The notes: generated by a model from the sequence alone, not told the origin. A DNA stretch of 64,000 nucleotides from Chloroflexota bacterium (GCA_033763755.1 JANRJX010000075.1:47548-111547); one strand, 5' to 3'. Positions 45,792 through 54,965 are shown, numbered from the stretch's first letter. Program-made: numbers and translations.

Positions 45792-47039
45792 CTATATCGG
45801 CTTGGTCACGCGATCAGCGCGCAACTGCTTGTACAGTCCGGTCACGCCGGGGTGCATCTGCTCGTGGGCGGCTTCGCGCCAGGCAGGGGAGGCGAAGTCT
45901 TCGATTTTGATGGTCTGATAGCCACTCTTGACCCAGCCTTCACGAATCGATGGGTCGCCATTATTGGGCAAGAAGATGAAGCTGACTTCGCTTTGTAACT
46001 GGCTGGCGTATTCTGCGATGCTTTCCGACAGCGCATGGATCACATCGACATACGGCGCATCGGGCGCAATCACGACCTCGTCAATATTGGTGATCAGATT
46101 TTCTACCTGCCAGCCTGCCACGCCGATCAGGTTATTGGCGGCATCCTGTGCCAGCAGATAACTCTTCTGACCAAATGCCAGCATGATATCCATACGGCTT
46201 ACGTCTTTGCCTGCATGTTTGGACATGAACTCAGCGATCTGTGCAGCGTTGTTTGGCGTTCCGCGTCGTGCGTGAATGCTGCCCACGACCATGGGCTGCT
46301 CGTCGGTGATGCGGGCTGGTGCGGCAGGCGGCACTGGCGGCGCGGCAGGTGCAGGGGCAGCCGGAGTACGAGCTGCCGCCGGAGCCGCTGGCACGGTGGG
46401 AGCAGAAGGCGCAGACTTCGGGGCAGCGAAGATCGCATTCCAGGCGTCCTGTACCTGCTTCCAGGTACTATCGACATCGCCTGCGTTGTTGATAACGACC
46501 TGCGCCCGCTTCAGCTTATCCGCCTGTGCGTTCTGCCCGGCAATACGCTGGCGGGCTTCGGATTCGCCCATCTTGCGGCTTTCCATTAGTCGCTTAAGTT
46601 GCAAATCTGGCGGTGCGTCTACGACCCAGATCGAGTTGCACATACTGGCGAGGTTGCCCTCTAGCAGCTTGATCGCTTCAACGACCACGACTCGCTGCTG
46701 TGCACGACTGACGAGCGCTTGAATGGCGCTGCCAACAATCGGATGAATGATGCCTTCGAGTGCCTGCATCGCTTCTGGCACGGCGAACGCCACCGCACCC
46801 AGCCGGGCGCGATTGATCTGCCCGTTGCTATCGACGACAAAGCGTCCGAAGGTTTCGATGATGGGTTTGTAGGCAGGTGCGCCGGGCGACATCGCCTGAT
46901 GCGTCAAGCCGTCAGCGTCAATGGTGTATGCGCCGAGATGCTGCAACATGCGTCTGACGACGCTTTTGCCGACGGCAATGTTGCCAGTCAAGCCGATGAT
47001 GTATTTGTCGTTTGAGCCAGCCACCGCGCTGCCCTCCAC
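45792..47039 (-). CDS. coaE: Dephospho-CoA kinase fused through a Pro/Ala linker to an uncharacterised C-terminal domain of about 170 aa
   Basis: CoaE N-terminus IIGLTGNIAVGKSVVRRML with a P-loop. Linker APKSAPSAPTVPAAPAAARTPAAPAPAAPPVPPAAPA. The C-terminal domain is possibly GNAT-like in fold but lacks an R/QxxGxG/A motif. Confidence 0.75.
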   Translation of the reverse strand: MEGSAVAGSNDKYIIGLTGNIAVGKSVVRRMLQHLGAYTIDADGLTHQAMSPGAPAYKPIIETFGRFVVDSNGQINRARLGAVAFAVPEAMQALEGIIHPIVGSAIQALVSRAQQRVVVVEAIKLLEGNLASMCNSIWVVDAPPDLQLKRLMESRKMGESEARQRIAGQNAQADKLKRAQVVINNAGDVDSTWKQVQDAWNAIFAAPKSAPSAPTVPAAPAAARTPAAPAPAAPPVPPAAPARITDEQPMVVGSIHARRGTPNNAAQIAEFMSKHAGKDVSRMDIMLAFGQKSYLLAQDAANNLIGVAGWQVENLITNIDEVVIAPDAPYVDVIHALSESIAEYASQLQSEVSFIFLPNNGDPSIREGWVKSGYQTIKIEDFASPAWREAAHEQMHPGVTGLYKQLRADRVTKPI

Positions 47040-47125
47040 CGATGATGTTAGATAACGTTGTTCAGATGAGCGTCCAACGTTCTCTATTGTAGCGCGTTCA
47101 CACGATTCGCGATAACAATTGTTGG

Positions 47126-49573
47126 CTATTCGGCGCGCGCCAGCACAATCCCGTCCATGCCAGACAACGTGATCTCGGTAACGGGTGTGCCATCGTTGAA
47201 GCGGGCGCGCGATTGCACGTAGATGGCGTCTGCCACACAGGGCGCACTGCCATCACAACGAAGCCGCACGAATGCACCAGGCGTGAGCGTAACTTCGCCG
47301 ATGACATGCCAGCGATCACCATTGACGCGCTGGTCAATCGTTGCACTTGCCACGACCTGATCACCTTGTATGACTTCGTAAATGACCGCGCCATTCCATG
47401 CCATCGCTTCTGGTGCGGCGGGGAACCATGCAGAGATCGTGTAGGTATCTTCAGCAGGGATCGCCAGTTCCCAGCGCGCCTCTCCCTCCAAAGCCTGATG
47501 AACTCCATCACCCCAGTCATGATAAAACGGTGGAATTGCCAGCCACTTCTCGGTGCTGTAGTCGGCTGTAAACCAACCGTCGCTCACGCTAAAGCCGGCG
47601 TCGTTATCATCCACAATATACTGGTAACGTGGTGCCTGATTCCCCATCAGGCGGCGGAAACCGGGAGCAACGGGGATAGTCACCGGAGCGTCGTTGGGGT
47701 TGACCAGCACCAGACCATTGTCAAATTCGCGTTGCATGTAGTAAGGTGCGCTTTCGACCATCTCAATGTTATCGAGCCAGATATTCCCCATCTGATTGCC
47801 GAAGTGGAACAACAGACGAGCTTCATCGGTCGTAAGGTTAGCGCGCCAGTAAAGGACGAACTGCTGCCATTCTCCGGTGACTCCCACCATTTGGTCTAAA
47901 CCATAATTATCCCATTCGGGTGCGCTCTTCTGGACGGTGACGTTCATATTGCGCGGCGCATCACTGCGCGCCCAAAAACGTGTTTCATAAATGGTTCCCT
48001 CGGTGACTTCGAGGTCAAATTGTGCGAGTTGAATGATGAAACTGGCCCCCAACGCTTCCGTTACCGCGATACGGGCGGCAGTGCTGCCGTCTGGACCTGC
48101 ACCGATTTCGCGCGTCAGGTCAGCGGCGTAGCCGTCATCTACCTCATCACCATCCCAGAAGTTCCATGTTCCTTCAACGACGTTCTCGAAGCCGCCGTTG
48201 ATGATGCTGTCGGTGGTATCGACGGTGACAGGCAGCAGGACTTGCTCGGCGGACGCGAGAGGGTAGCCCAAGTCATGGTCGAGTTCGTCATAGTGCCAAC
48301 GATTGCCATGATAGGCATCGCCAAACTCATGTGTGAAGTACCCCTCCTGCATCAGTGTAGTTGCCAATCCAAAACGCATATATGGATAGTAGGTGCGCGC
48401 GAATTCGAGAGTTGCTTCCGGGACGAAGCCGTCGAGTGGCGTGTACCCATATCCATACGAGATCTCAATCGGGATCGACGACTCCATCAGCGTCAGCGGC
48501 GGAGAGAGAGGTAGTGTCAGCCAATCGGTGTACGTTGCCCACAGCTCACCAAATGTTTGTTGTCCCTCAATCACTTCCGGAAGATCAAAAGTTATGCCAG
48601 CGCCATTAAAGATCTGCTGCACTTCCACGTCCTGTACTTGCATCCAATGTCCCATGAATAGTGCATGTGGCAGCAGCCCGCGCAGCGTTCGCAGGAAATG
48701 CAGCACACCTGCGCGCCAAGCGACGTCAAATACGCCTTCATCGTCCTTTATCCCGTCCTGGTCGCTGTCGTAGGGGAACGGGCTATCGTAGATATCTGCA
48801 TCCTGCCACGATTGACTCATGTAGACATTATCCAGGAAGATGCCGTCGTACATCCAATCGTTCTCGTTGAACTGAGCATATGCTCGCAGTGCCCAGTACT
48901 CTGCAATATCGAGGCGTGTCATGTTGAGCCGCCACGCACCGGGCCAGACTTCGACGCGATTACCTTCGGTATCGAGCAGGAAGTATTCATCTGGTACATT
49001 GTCTGCTTCAATCGCTTCAACGGCGTTCCATCCTGCGAGAATCTGAACATCAGGGTTCATATTGCGCAGTTCAGTCGCCTGACTCGGTGTGAATTCGGCA
49101 TTCAGCCACAGGTCGATCTCGGCGTCATCCTGACCAATACCATCCGCGCGGTACTGCCACGAGCCATCGAGATTGCCCAGGCGCGGGAATGACGGGTTGA
49201 ACGTGGACAGTACGCGGTAACGCAGATGCAGCAAGTCATCCGGACGGGGCGCGCAGCGGATAAAGACTTCGTTGACGACGGTACGATCCGGGTTAAGCCC
49301 TTCGATCACGGTCGAATGTTGCGTGTTGTTGGTGCTGACAAAGGGGGTCATCGCGTCAATCGGCGGTGATGCGCCGAGGGCATAGTGACAGGTGGCGGTT
49401 TCCTCTGTCGTAAGGATGACCTCAACGTTGGTGGTTCCAGGAGGCAGCAGTGTGCTGGGGGTGAGCGCACGCAGCCAACCGCCGCCTGCGAAGTCAACAG
49501 TGGGTTGTGCCTGTGCAGCACTTGCGGTTAAGAGCAGCAGTGTGAGCATAACAAACAAGAAGCGCCAACGCAT
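47126..49573 (-). CDS. Secreted multidomain putative glycoside hydrolase (GH114/GHL-type TIM barrel) with a CBM4/9-like module
   Basis: Signal MRWRFLFVMLTLLLLTASAAQAQ. A barrel-like segment contains DGIFLDNVYMSQSW. A CBM-like segment contains IINGGFENVVEGTWNFW. A C-terminal beta domain follows. Start at ATG 49573; the longest ORF begins at TTG 49585. Confidence 0.5.
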   Translation of the reverse strand: MRWRFLFVMLTLLLLTASAAQAQPTVDFAGGGWLRALTPSTLLPPGTTNVEVILTTEETATCHYALGASPPIDAMTPFVSTNNTQHSTVIEGLNPDRTVVNEVFIRCAPRPDDLLHLRYRVLSTFNPSFPRLGNLDGSWQYRADGIGQDDAEIDLWLNAEFTPSQATELRNMNPDVQILAGWNAVEAIEADNVPDEYFLLDTEGNRVEVWPGAWRLNMTRLDIAEYWALRAYAQFNENDWMYDGIFLDNVYMSQSWQDADIYDSPFPYDSDQDGIKDDEGVFDVAWRAGVLHFLRTLRGLLPHALFMGHWMQVQDVEVQQIFNGAGITFDLPEVIEGQQTFGELWATYTDWLTLPLSPPLTLMESSIPIEISYGYGYTPLDGFVPEATLEFARTYYPYMRFGLATTLMQEGYFTHEFGDAYHGNRWHYDELDHDLGYPLASAEQVLLPVTVDTTDSIINGGFENVVEGTWNFWDGDEVDDGYAADLTREIGAGPDGSTAARIAVTEALGASFIIQLAQFDLEVTEGTIYETRFWARSDAPRNMNVTVQKSAPEWDNYGLDQMVGVTGEWQQFVLYWRANLTTDEARLLFHFGNQMGNIWLDNIEMVESAPYYMQREFDNGLVLVNPNDAPVTIPVAPGFRRLMGNQAPRYQYIVDDNDAGFSVSDGWFTADYSTEKWLAIPPFYHDWGDGVHQALEGEARWELAIPAEDTYTISAWFPAAPEAMAWNGAVIYEVIQGDQVVASATIDQRVNGDRWHVIGEVTLTPGAFVRLRCDGSAPCVADAIYVQSRARFNDGTPVTEITLSGMDGIVLARAE

Positions 49574-49613
49574 AATTGACTCCAATGCCCATGAACCGGA
49601 TAGTCATTTAGAC

Positions 49614-49629
49614 GATTATATGATTATAT
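49614..49629 (-). promoter_or_regulatory. Tandem duplicated -10-like boxes (two TATAAT hexamers 8 bp apart on the minus strand)
   Basis: The plus strand reads gattatat gattatat, which is CATATAATCATATAATC on the minus strand. The boxes lie about 40-55 nt upstream of the 47126..49573 start codon. Confidence 0.4.
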
Positions 49630-49657
49630 GAGTTGCAGTGACACAAAAGAATCAAAA

Positions 49658-49683
49658 CAGGGCGCCTAGTGCGCCCCGTTTTT
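49658..49683. terminator. Rho-independent-type terminator after efp
   Basis: gggcgc-ctagt-gcgccc stem, flanked by aaaac on the 5' side and gttttt on the 3' side. On the minus strand the hairpin is followed by tgttttgattctttt. Confidence 0.65.
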
Positions 49684-49700
49684 CAGTTGTTTTGCTGTAA

Positions 49701-50258
49701 CTACGCACGCCCGACATAGGAGCCGTCGCGCGTATCGACCTTGATCGTCTCGCCTTCGTTGATGAAAATCGGCACCTGCACGCTCAGACCGGTCTCGGTC
49801 TTGACCTTCTTGTTGACGCTGCCAGCCGAGTCGCCGACGACAGCGACTTCTGCTTCCGCAACCGTATAGGTCATGGTCGTCGGCAGCACATAGTCAATCG
49901 GCTTGCCTTCAAAGACGCGCAGTTCGAGTTCCATGTTTTCCTTCAGGTAGAAAATGTCGTCACCGAAGAGCGCATGTGCCGCCTCATACTGCTCATACGT
50001 CTGCTTGTTCATGAAGTGGAGCAGGTCACCGTCATCATACAGGTATTCGCACGGCTCTTGCTCGACATACAGGTCATCCAGCTTTTCTTCGGCATCGAAG
50101 ATTTTGTTGACGGTATTGCCCGTGCTGAGGTCAAGAAGCTGTGTGTCCATATAGGCAGTGCCGCGCCCCGGCTTGTTATACTTGGTCTTGAGTACGCGCA
50201 TCAGCTTGCCGTCAACACGGAGCGTTACGCCCTTCTTCAAATCGCCGCCTGGAATCAT
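49701..50258 (-). CDS. efp: Elongation factor P family protein with Arg at the loop tip (KPGRG)
   Basis: 185-aa ORF with EF-P three-domain length and motifs (DLKKGVTLRVDGKLMRV, YNKPGRGTAYM, ...VQVPIFINEGETIKVDTRDGSYVGRA). The R32 codon CGC is at 50163-50165. Confidence 0.85.
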   Translation of the reverse strand: MIPGGDLKKGVTLRVDGKLMRVLKTKYNKPGRGTAYMDTQLLDLSTGNTVNKIFDAEEKLDDLYVEQEPCEYLYDDGDLLHFMNKQTYEQYEAAHALFGDDIFYLKENMELELRVFEGKPIDYVLPTTMTYTVAEAEVAVVGDSAGSVNKKVKTETGLSVQVPIFINEGETIKVDTRDGSYVGRA

Positions 50259-50297
50259 TGATCAGTTCCCCACGTTTGTTTAACACGTTAGCGAGCC

Positions 50298-50303
50298 ATT
50301 ATA
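50298..50303 (-). promoter_or_regulatory. Perfect TATAAT hexamer in the 54-nt gap upstream of efp
   Basis: The plus strand reads attata, which is TATAAT on the minus strand, about 40 nt upstream of the efp ATG. Only a weak -35-like sequence is visible. Confidence 0.3.
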
Positions 50304-50312
50304 GCAGACGAG

Positions 50313-51350
50313 TTAACTTTGTTTCCAGACCTCAACCTGTGGGTTACGCGGCGCAGCAGCATAGCGATAGCCGCCCCAATCAACCCATGACATGCCAAAT
50401 CGTGCAACATGGGCGCGCATCGCCGCCTCACAATCGCTGATCATCGCGTCTGCTTCTGTCAGCAGCCGGGCGTAGCGTGGGTCCCTTTGAGCGCGCTGCC
50501 AAGACTCCTCGCTCGGTGCAGCGTGCAGCGCGCTACGGCGCTCACCGGGTATTTTGAGTGAGTAGTGCAGATGCCGTTCGATGACGCGGCGCACACTCTC
50601 ATGGTCAAAGATCGGCGGGCAAAGACGATAGCCTGCTGCGTCCTCTATCGGAATGCAGAGCGCGGGACTGCCAATTTCGGTCAGTACACGGTCAATTTCA
50701 AGATCATCTTCCCAGGCATGGGTATCGACAGCATTCAGGACTGCTGCGCAGAGTCCGCCGGGAATTGCACCCAGCTTACCCCAAAAGCCTTGTCCGCCGT
50801 TCTCACCTATGCGCGCTAACGGTTTGCGGTCAAAGGCGGCGTTGTGCAGGTCAATAACGTCAGTTAGGATATTTGCAGCGGCTACGAGACTGTGCGTATG
50901 CCGCGTCGTCAGGCTGAAGGGGCGGTCTCCCGTGCGCTCCATCGCTGCTTCCATTATGGCGCGTGTGTAAACAGCATCATGTGCAGGCATTACCAGCAAG
51001 TCCGGCTGAGTCGCGATGGCGGCGCGCAATGCGGCCAGAATGCGCACCCAACGGTCGCTCATGTCCATTTGCTGCCAACTCTGCGGCGCTTCCCATTCAC
51101 AGCGATTTGGCGTGTCGGCTTGGGGAGCGCACGGCTGCGGATTGACGATGACGGACTGTATCGTCAGGCGTGGGAAGTCGGCAAGCGGTGGTTGCAAGCT
51201 GGCGCGGGTGGCGTCGCTATCGCAGATAAGCAGGAGTGTATCGCGGTCGCTCAGCGTTGCCAGACGTGCACGAAACGCATAGTCAAACACCGCCCGCGCT
51301 CGTTCATCCGTCGGGCGCGGGCGGTACATCAGCTCGGCGTGGAGGAGCAT
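50313..51350 (-). CDS. Cytoplasmic hypothetical protein, weakly GT-A (GT2-like) glycosyltransferase-like
   Basis: 345-aa ORF with no signal peptide or TM helix. Acidic motifs LLLICDSDA and LLVMPAHDAVY, plus AWEDDLEIDRVL reminiscent of the GT2 ED..L..R motif. The start ATG directly abuts the stop of the upstream hydrolase gene (TAGATG). Confidence 0.4.
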   Translation of the reverse strand: MLLHAELMYRPRPTDERARAVFDYAFRARLATLSDRDTLLLICDSDATRASLQPPLADFPRLTIQSVIVNPQPCAPQADTPNRCEWEAPQSWQQMDMSDRWVRILAALRAAIATQPDLLVMPAHDAVYTRAIMEAAMERTGDRPFSLTTRHTHSLVAAANILTDVIDLHNAAFDRKPLARIGENGGQGFWGKLGAIPGGLCAAVLNAVDTHAWEDDLEIDRVLTEIGSPALCIPIEDAAGYRLCPPIFDHESVRRVIERHLHYSLKIPGERRSALHAAPSEESWQRAQRDPRYARLLTEADAMISDCEAAMRAHVARFGMSWVDWGGYRYAAAPRNPQVEVWKQS

Positions 51351-52994
51351 CTACTCAAAACCCGGTATCGGATTCGGTGGGATGCCGCACCAGTCCTGCA
51401 ACTGCACATCGTGACGGAAAGCATCGTAGAGCATCCAGTATACCGGGCGTTCCGTGCTGCCTTGGTTGTTCACATCCACCGCGCAGCCGCCGCCTGGAAC
51501 GAGCATACTGTACGCCGCTCGCTCATCACGTCCGGTAATTAAGCCTGATAGCACAGCGAAATTTAGATTCCACAGCACTTTGACCCCAATGTCGCCGCGT
51601 TCTTGCGCGATCTGGATGGCACGAACGGTATAGCCGCCCTGCTGCCAGCGCGAATTGAACGCCATCCAGGGCTGCGGCGGTTCGAGCGGATAGCCATCCC
51701 AGCTGGCGTAACCGAACTCGGTGATCCACATTTGCACATCCTGATGCCCGTTGGCGTTCATGATTTCGCGGTAGGCGTCGAGTGTCTCCAGATAGAAGAA
51801 GTGTGGATTGTCATCCCAGCCCCGCTCACCACAGCAGCGCGAGTCAGGCGCGTTGCCCCAACCGTAAGGGTGTGCACCGATGACGATATCGCGGAAGTTG
51901 CCCAGTCCGGCGGCGTACATCTGGCGCAGGAACTCGGTGTCATCCACTGAACCTTCAGAGTTACCCGTCGGGGCAAGCCCGGCGACGATCACAGTGATGT
52001 CTGGCGAATACGCGCGCACGGCACGATAGGCAGGCTCGAAAAGGCGCATGTAGCCTGCGCCTGTAAAGGGCAGCGTGCCTTGCCATTCGCGGATCAGGTT
52101 CGGCTCGTTCCAGATTTCTACGGCGTCGATATAGTCGCCGATGGTCGGGCGTTGCAACCCGGCGTTGAACTCTTCGAAAATAATCGTGATGAAGCGTGCG
52201 AGGGCATTCGGGTCATCGGGCGGTCCGTCTTCCGTCTGATTGCTGCGCGCCCAGGCAGGTGCTTTGACAACGCTGACCATGACACTGAAGCCGCGTCGCG
52301 CCGCATCTTCGAGATGCTGCTCGATACGGCGAAAGAACTCTGTGCCGCGCTCGTCCGGTCCGTTTGGCTGCATATCTCGCCAGGGCAACTGGACTTTGAT
52401 CCACTTGACGCCGAGGTTTTCGATGCGACCCATCGCTTCGTTCCAGTCTTCCTGCGACAGGTTGATGTCCAACTGGATGCCAACCAGATTCGGGTCCAGA
52501 TTGGGCAATGGAGCGAACGTCCCCTGCTGCGGTGGCTGTGTGGCTTCTGGCGCAACGGCGACGGCTGTGGCTTCGACGGGTGTTGCTGCAGCATCCGTGA
52601 CGGGTGGGGGTGCTGACGTGGGTGCCGAAGTTTCTGGAGCAGGAGGCAGAGTCGGCGGTACATAACCCGGTCCAATCAGCGGTCCAATAACCTGTGGACT
52701 GGCAGCCGGGGTGAACGTTACGACGGCTGCAACGGTAGGCGGCTGAGTCGGCACCATCGGTACAGTCGGGGCGTCAGGTGTGACGATGATGGGTGTTGAT
52801 TCTACAGGACTGACCGTCGCTGTTTCCGTCGGGGTCGCGCTGGCGGCCGCAATTGTCGGGTTGATCACGGTTGCGACGCTCGCCGCGCTGGTAGGCTGTG
52901 CTGTGGGTGTGACATAGACGATGATGGGGTCTTGCGGGACACATGCATTGAGCATGAAGGTGAGCAGGGCAATCAGGAGCAGTCTGGTTTTCAT
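51351..52994 (-). CDS. Lipoprotein glycoside hydrolase, clan GH-A (GH5-like) TIM barrel
   Basis: Lipobox MKTRLLLIALLTFMLNACVP, with a Pro/Thr/Ala tether of about 170 aa. Catalytic-type motifs are VEIWNEPN (acid/base) and WITEFGYAS (nucleophile). Confidence 0.7.
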   Translation of the reverse strand: MKTRLLLIALLTFMLNACVPQDPIIVYVTPTAQPTSAASVATVINPTIAAASATPTETATVSPVESTPIIVTPDAPTVPMVPTQPPTVAAVVTFTPAASPQVIGPLIGPGYVPPTLPPAPETSAPTSAPPPVTDAAATPVEATAVAVAPEATQPPQQGTFAPLPNLDPNLVGIQLDINLSQEDWNEAMGRIENLGVKWIKVQLPWRDMQPNGPDERGTEFFRRIEQHLEDAARRGFSVMVSVVKAPAWARSNQTEDGPPDDPNALARFITIIFEEFNAGLQRPTIGDYIDAVEIWNEPNLIREWQGTLPFTGAGYMRLFEPAYRAVRAYSPDITVIVAGLAPTGNSEGSVDDTEFLRQMYAAGLGNFRDIVIGAHPYGWGNAPDSRCCGERGWDDNPHFFYLETLDAYREIMNANGHQDVQMWITEFGYASWDGYPLEPPQPWMAFNSRWQQGGYTVRAIQIAQERGDIGVKVLWNLNFAVLSGLITGRDERAAYSMLVPGGGCAVDVNNQGSTERPVYWMLYDAFRHDVQLQDWCGIPPNPIPGFE

Positions 52995-53122
52995 AGGCTC
53001 AATCGACTATGCGGACAGATACCGCTTTCAGGATACCACAGGCGGTCAATATGTGCAGACGCAGCGCGAACCTGTTATCATTTGTTATACATTGTCTCCA
53101 GACCATCAGGTATAGAACTCGT

Positions 53123-54541
53123 ATGTGGCAGCGCTATCTGAACGTGACTTCGCTTGCACAGGCACTTGAGGCACTAAACGAATATGGTGAACGCGCTCGC
53201 ATTATTGCGGGCGGCACGGATTTGCTGATTGAGATTGAACGCGGCATACGCAAGGGGATTGATACCCTCATCGACATCACGCGCGTATCGGGAATAGCTG
53301 AAATCCGCTTGCACGGTGGAGACATTCGCATTGGTGCGCTGGTCACGCATAATCAGATCGTCGCCAGTAAGCTGATCGTCGAACGCGCGCTGCCGCTGGC
53401 GCAGGCGTGCTGGGAAGTGGGCGCGCCGCAAATTCGCAATCGTGGGACACTGGCGGGCAATCTGATCACCGCATCGCCCGCGAACGACACGATTACGCCG
53501 CTGATGGCGCTGGGCGCAAGTGTGACGCTGGCGTCGGTGGATGGCGAACGCAGTGTGCCGCTGCATGAGTTCTACACGGGAGCGCGCCGCAACGTGCTGC
53601 GCCCGAATGAAATCCTCACCGCTGTGACTGTTCCGGCGCTGGACAGCGACGAACGCGGTATTTTCCTCAAACTCGGCTTGCGCCGCGCGCAGGCGATAGC
53701 GGTCGTCAACGCAGCGGTGATCGTGCGCATAGAGGGTGATGTGGTGCAGTCAGCGCGGATTGCGCTCGGCAGCGTCGCGCCCACCATCATCCGGACACCG
53801 ACTGCGGAAGCGTTTCTGAGTGGCAAGGCGCTTACCACAGACACGATTACAGAAGCTGCGCGGCTTGCAGCAGCAACCCCGTCGCCGATAGATGATGTGC
53901 GCGGCACAGCGGACTATCGGACTGAGATGGTGCGCGTGCTACTCATGCGTGCGCTGCGTGCACTGGCATCTGGCACACAAGGCAATGACTATCCCGACGA
54001 TCCAGCGCAGCTTTGGGGTGAACGACAGGGACAAGGTGTACTGGCGGACCCGACCACGCACAGCGGCAGCGAGCCGATTGTAACGACGATCAACGGGCAG
54101 CCTTACGCCATTGCCACAGGTCACGATAAAACCTTGCTGCGCTTCTTACGCGAGGACTGCCACCTGCCTGGTACGAAAGAGGGCTGTGCCGAGGGGGAGT
54201 GTGGGGCATGCACCGTGTTTATCGACGGTGCGGCAGTAATGTCGTGTATGGTGGCAGCCCCGCGCGCGCATGGCGCGGAGATCGTAACGGTCGAAGGACT
54301 GGCACAGAACGGTGATTTGCATCCGATACAGACCGCGTTTGTCGAACAAGGGGCGGTGCAGTGCGGCTACTGCACACCGGGCTTCATCATGGCGGGTGCA
54401 AAGCTGCTGGAAGAACACCCGCAGCCGACGGACGTGCAGATTCAACAGAGTATCTCCGGTAATCTTTGCCGCTGTACGGGGTATTATAAGATCATCGAAG
54501 CGTTCAAGCAGGCGAGCAGCCAGAAAGAGATGATCCGATGA
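53123..54541 (+). CDS. Molybdenum hydroxylase FAD-binding subunit (CoxM/XdhB-like) fused to a 2x[2Fe-2S] subunit (CoxS-like)
   Basis: FAD domain from MWQRYLNVTSLAQALEALNEYGERARIIAGGTDLLIE. Fe-S motifs are CAEGECGACTV, CGYCTPGF and CRCTGY. Start at ATG 53123; the longest ORF begins at 53009. Confidence 0.8.
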   Translation: MWQRYLNVTSLAQALEALNEYGERARIIAGGTDLLIEIERGIRKGIDTLIDITRVSGIAEIRLHGGDIRIGALVTHNQIVASKLIVERALPLAQACWEVGAPQIRNRGTLAGNLITASPANDTITPLMALGASVTLASVDGERSVPLHEFYTGARRNVLRPNEILTAVTVPALDSDERGIFLKLGLRRAQAIAVVNAAVIVRIEGDVVQSARIALGSVAPTIIRTPTAEAFLSGKALTTDTITEAARLAAATPSPIDDVRGTADYRTEMVRVLLMRALRALASGTQGNDYPDDPAQLWGERQGQGVLADPTTHSGSEPIVTTINGQPYAIATGHDKTLLRFLREDCHLPGTKEGCAEGECGACTVFIDGAAVMSCMVAAPRAHGAEIVTVEGLAQNGDLHPIQTAFVEQGAVQCGYCTPGFIMAGAKLLEEHPQPTDVQIQQSISGNLCRCTGYYKIIEAFKQASSQKEMIR

Positions 54542-54942
54542 GTCAGGTTAAAGTCTCCGAGCGGCGTCAAAGTCGCGCAGCATGGGGCGTGATGGGGTTC
54601 TTCCTCGCCGTCGCGTTAGGGGTAGCCTCGTGGTTCCTTGCACCGGTGTTGACAGATGCACTGCCGCGCAATCTGCAAAACCTGTTGGAACAACGCTTTC
54701 CAGAACCGGCAGGGCAAATCATTGTTGCCGCTGCTATTTTCGTGATTCTGCTTTCAGTCGTCGGTGTGATCGTGGCGATCTTTGCACCGAAGCCGCGTGC
54801 GACCGTCAATGATAGCGATATGCTGAAAGATCGGCAGGCGATGCAACGCGACAGAATTGCGCGTGAACGGTTGGCGCGCAACATCGCGGTTGAAAATCGC
54901 AAGACGTTACGGGAGCAGGCGAATAAGGATAAGAAGAATTAG
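54538..54942 (+). CDS. Small two-TM membrane protein with a basic C-terminal tail, embedded in the Mo-hydroxylase operon
   Basis: ATGA overlap with the upstream gene. TM helices are AAWGVMGFFLAVALGVASWFLAPVL and IIVAAAIFVILLSVVGVIVAIFA. The tail is rich in R/K/E. Confidence 0.55.
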   Translation: MSQVKVSERRQSRAAWGVMGFFLAVALGVASWFLAPVLTDALPRNLQNLLEQRFPEPAGQIIVAAAIFVILLSVVGVIVAIFAPKPRATVNDSDMLKDRQAMQRDRIARERLARNIAVENRKTLREQANKDKKN

Positions 54943-54965
54943 CCATACATTGAGGATCGGGTATC

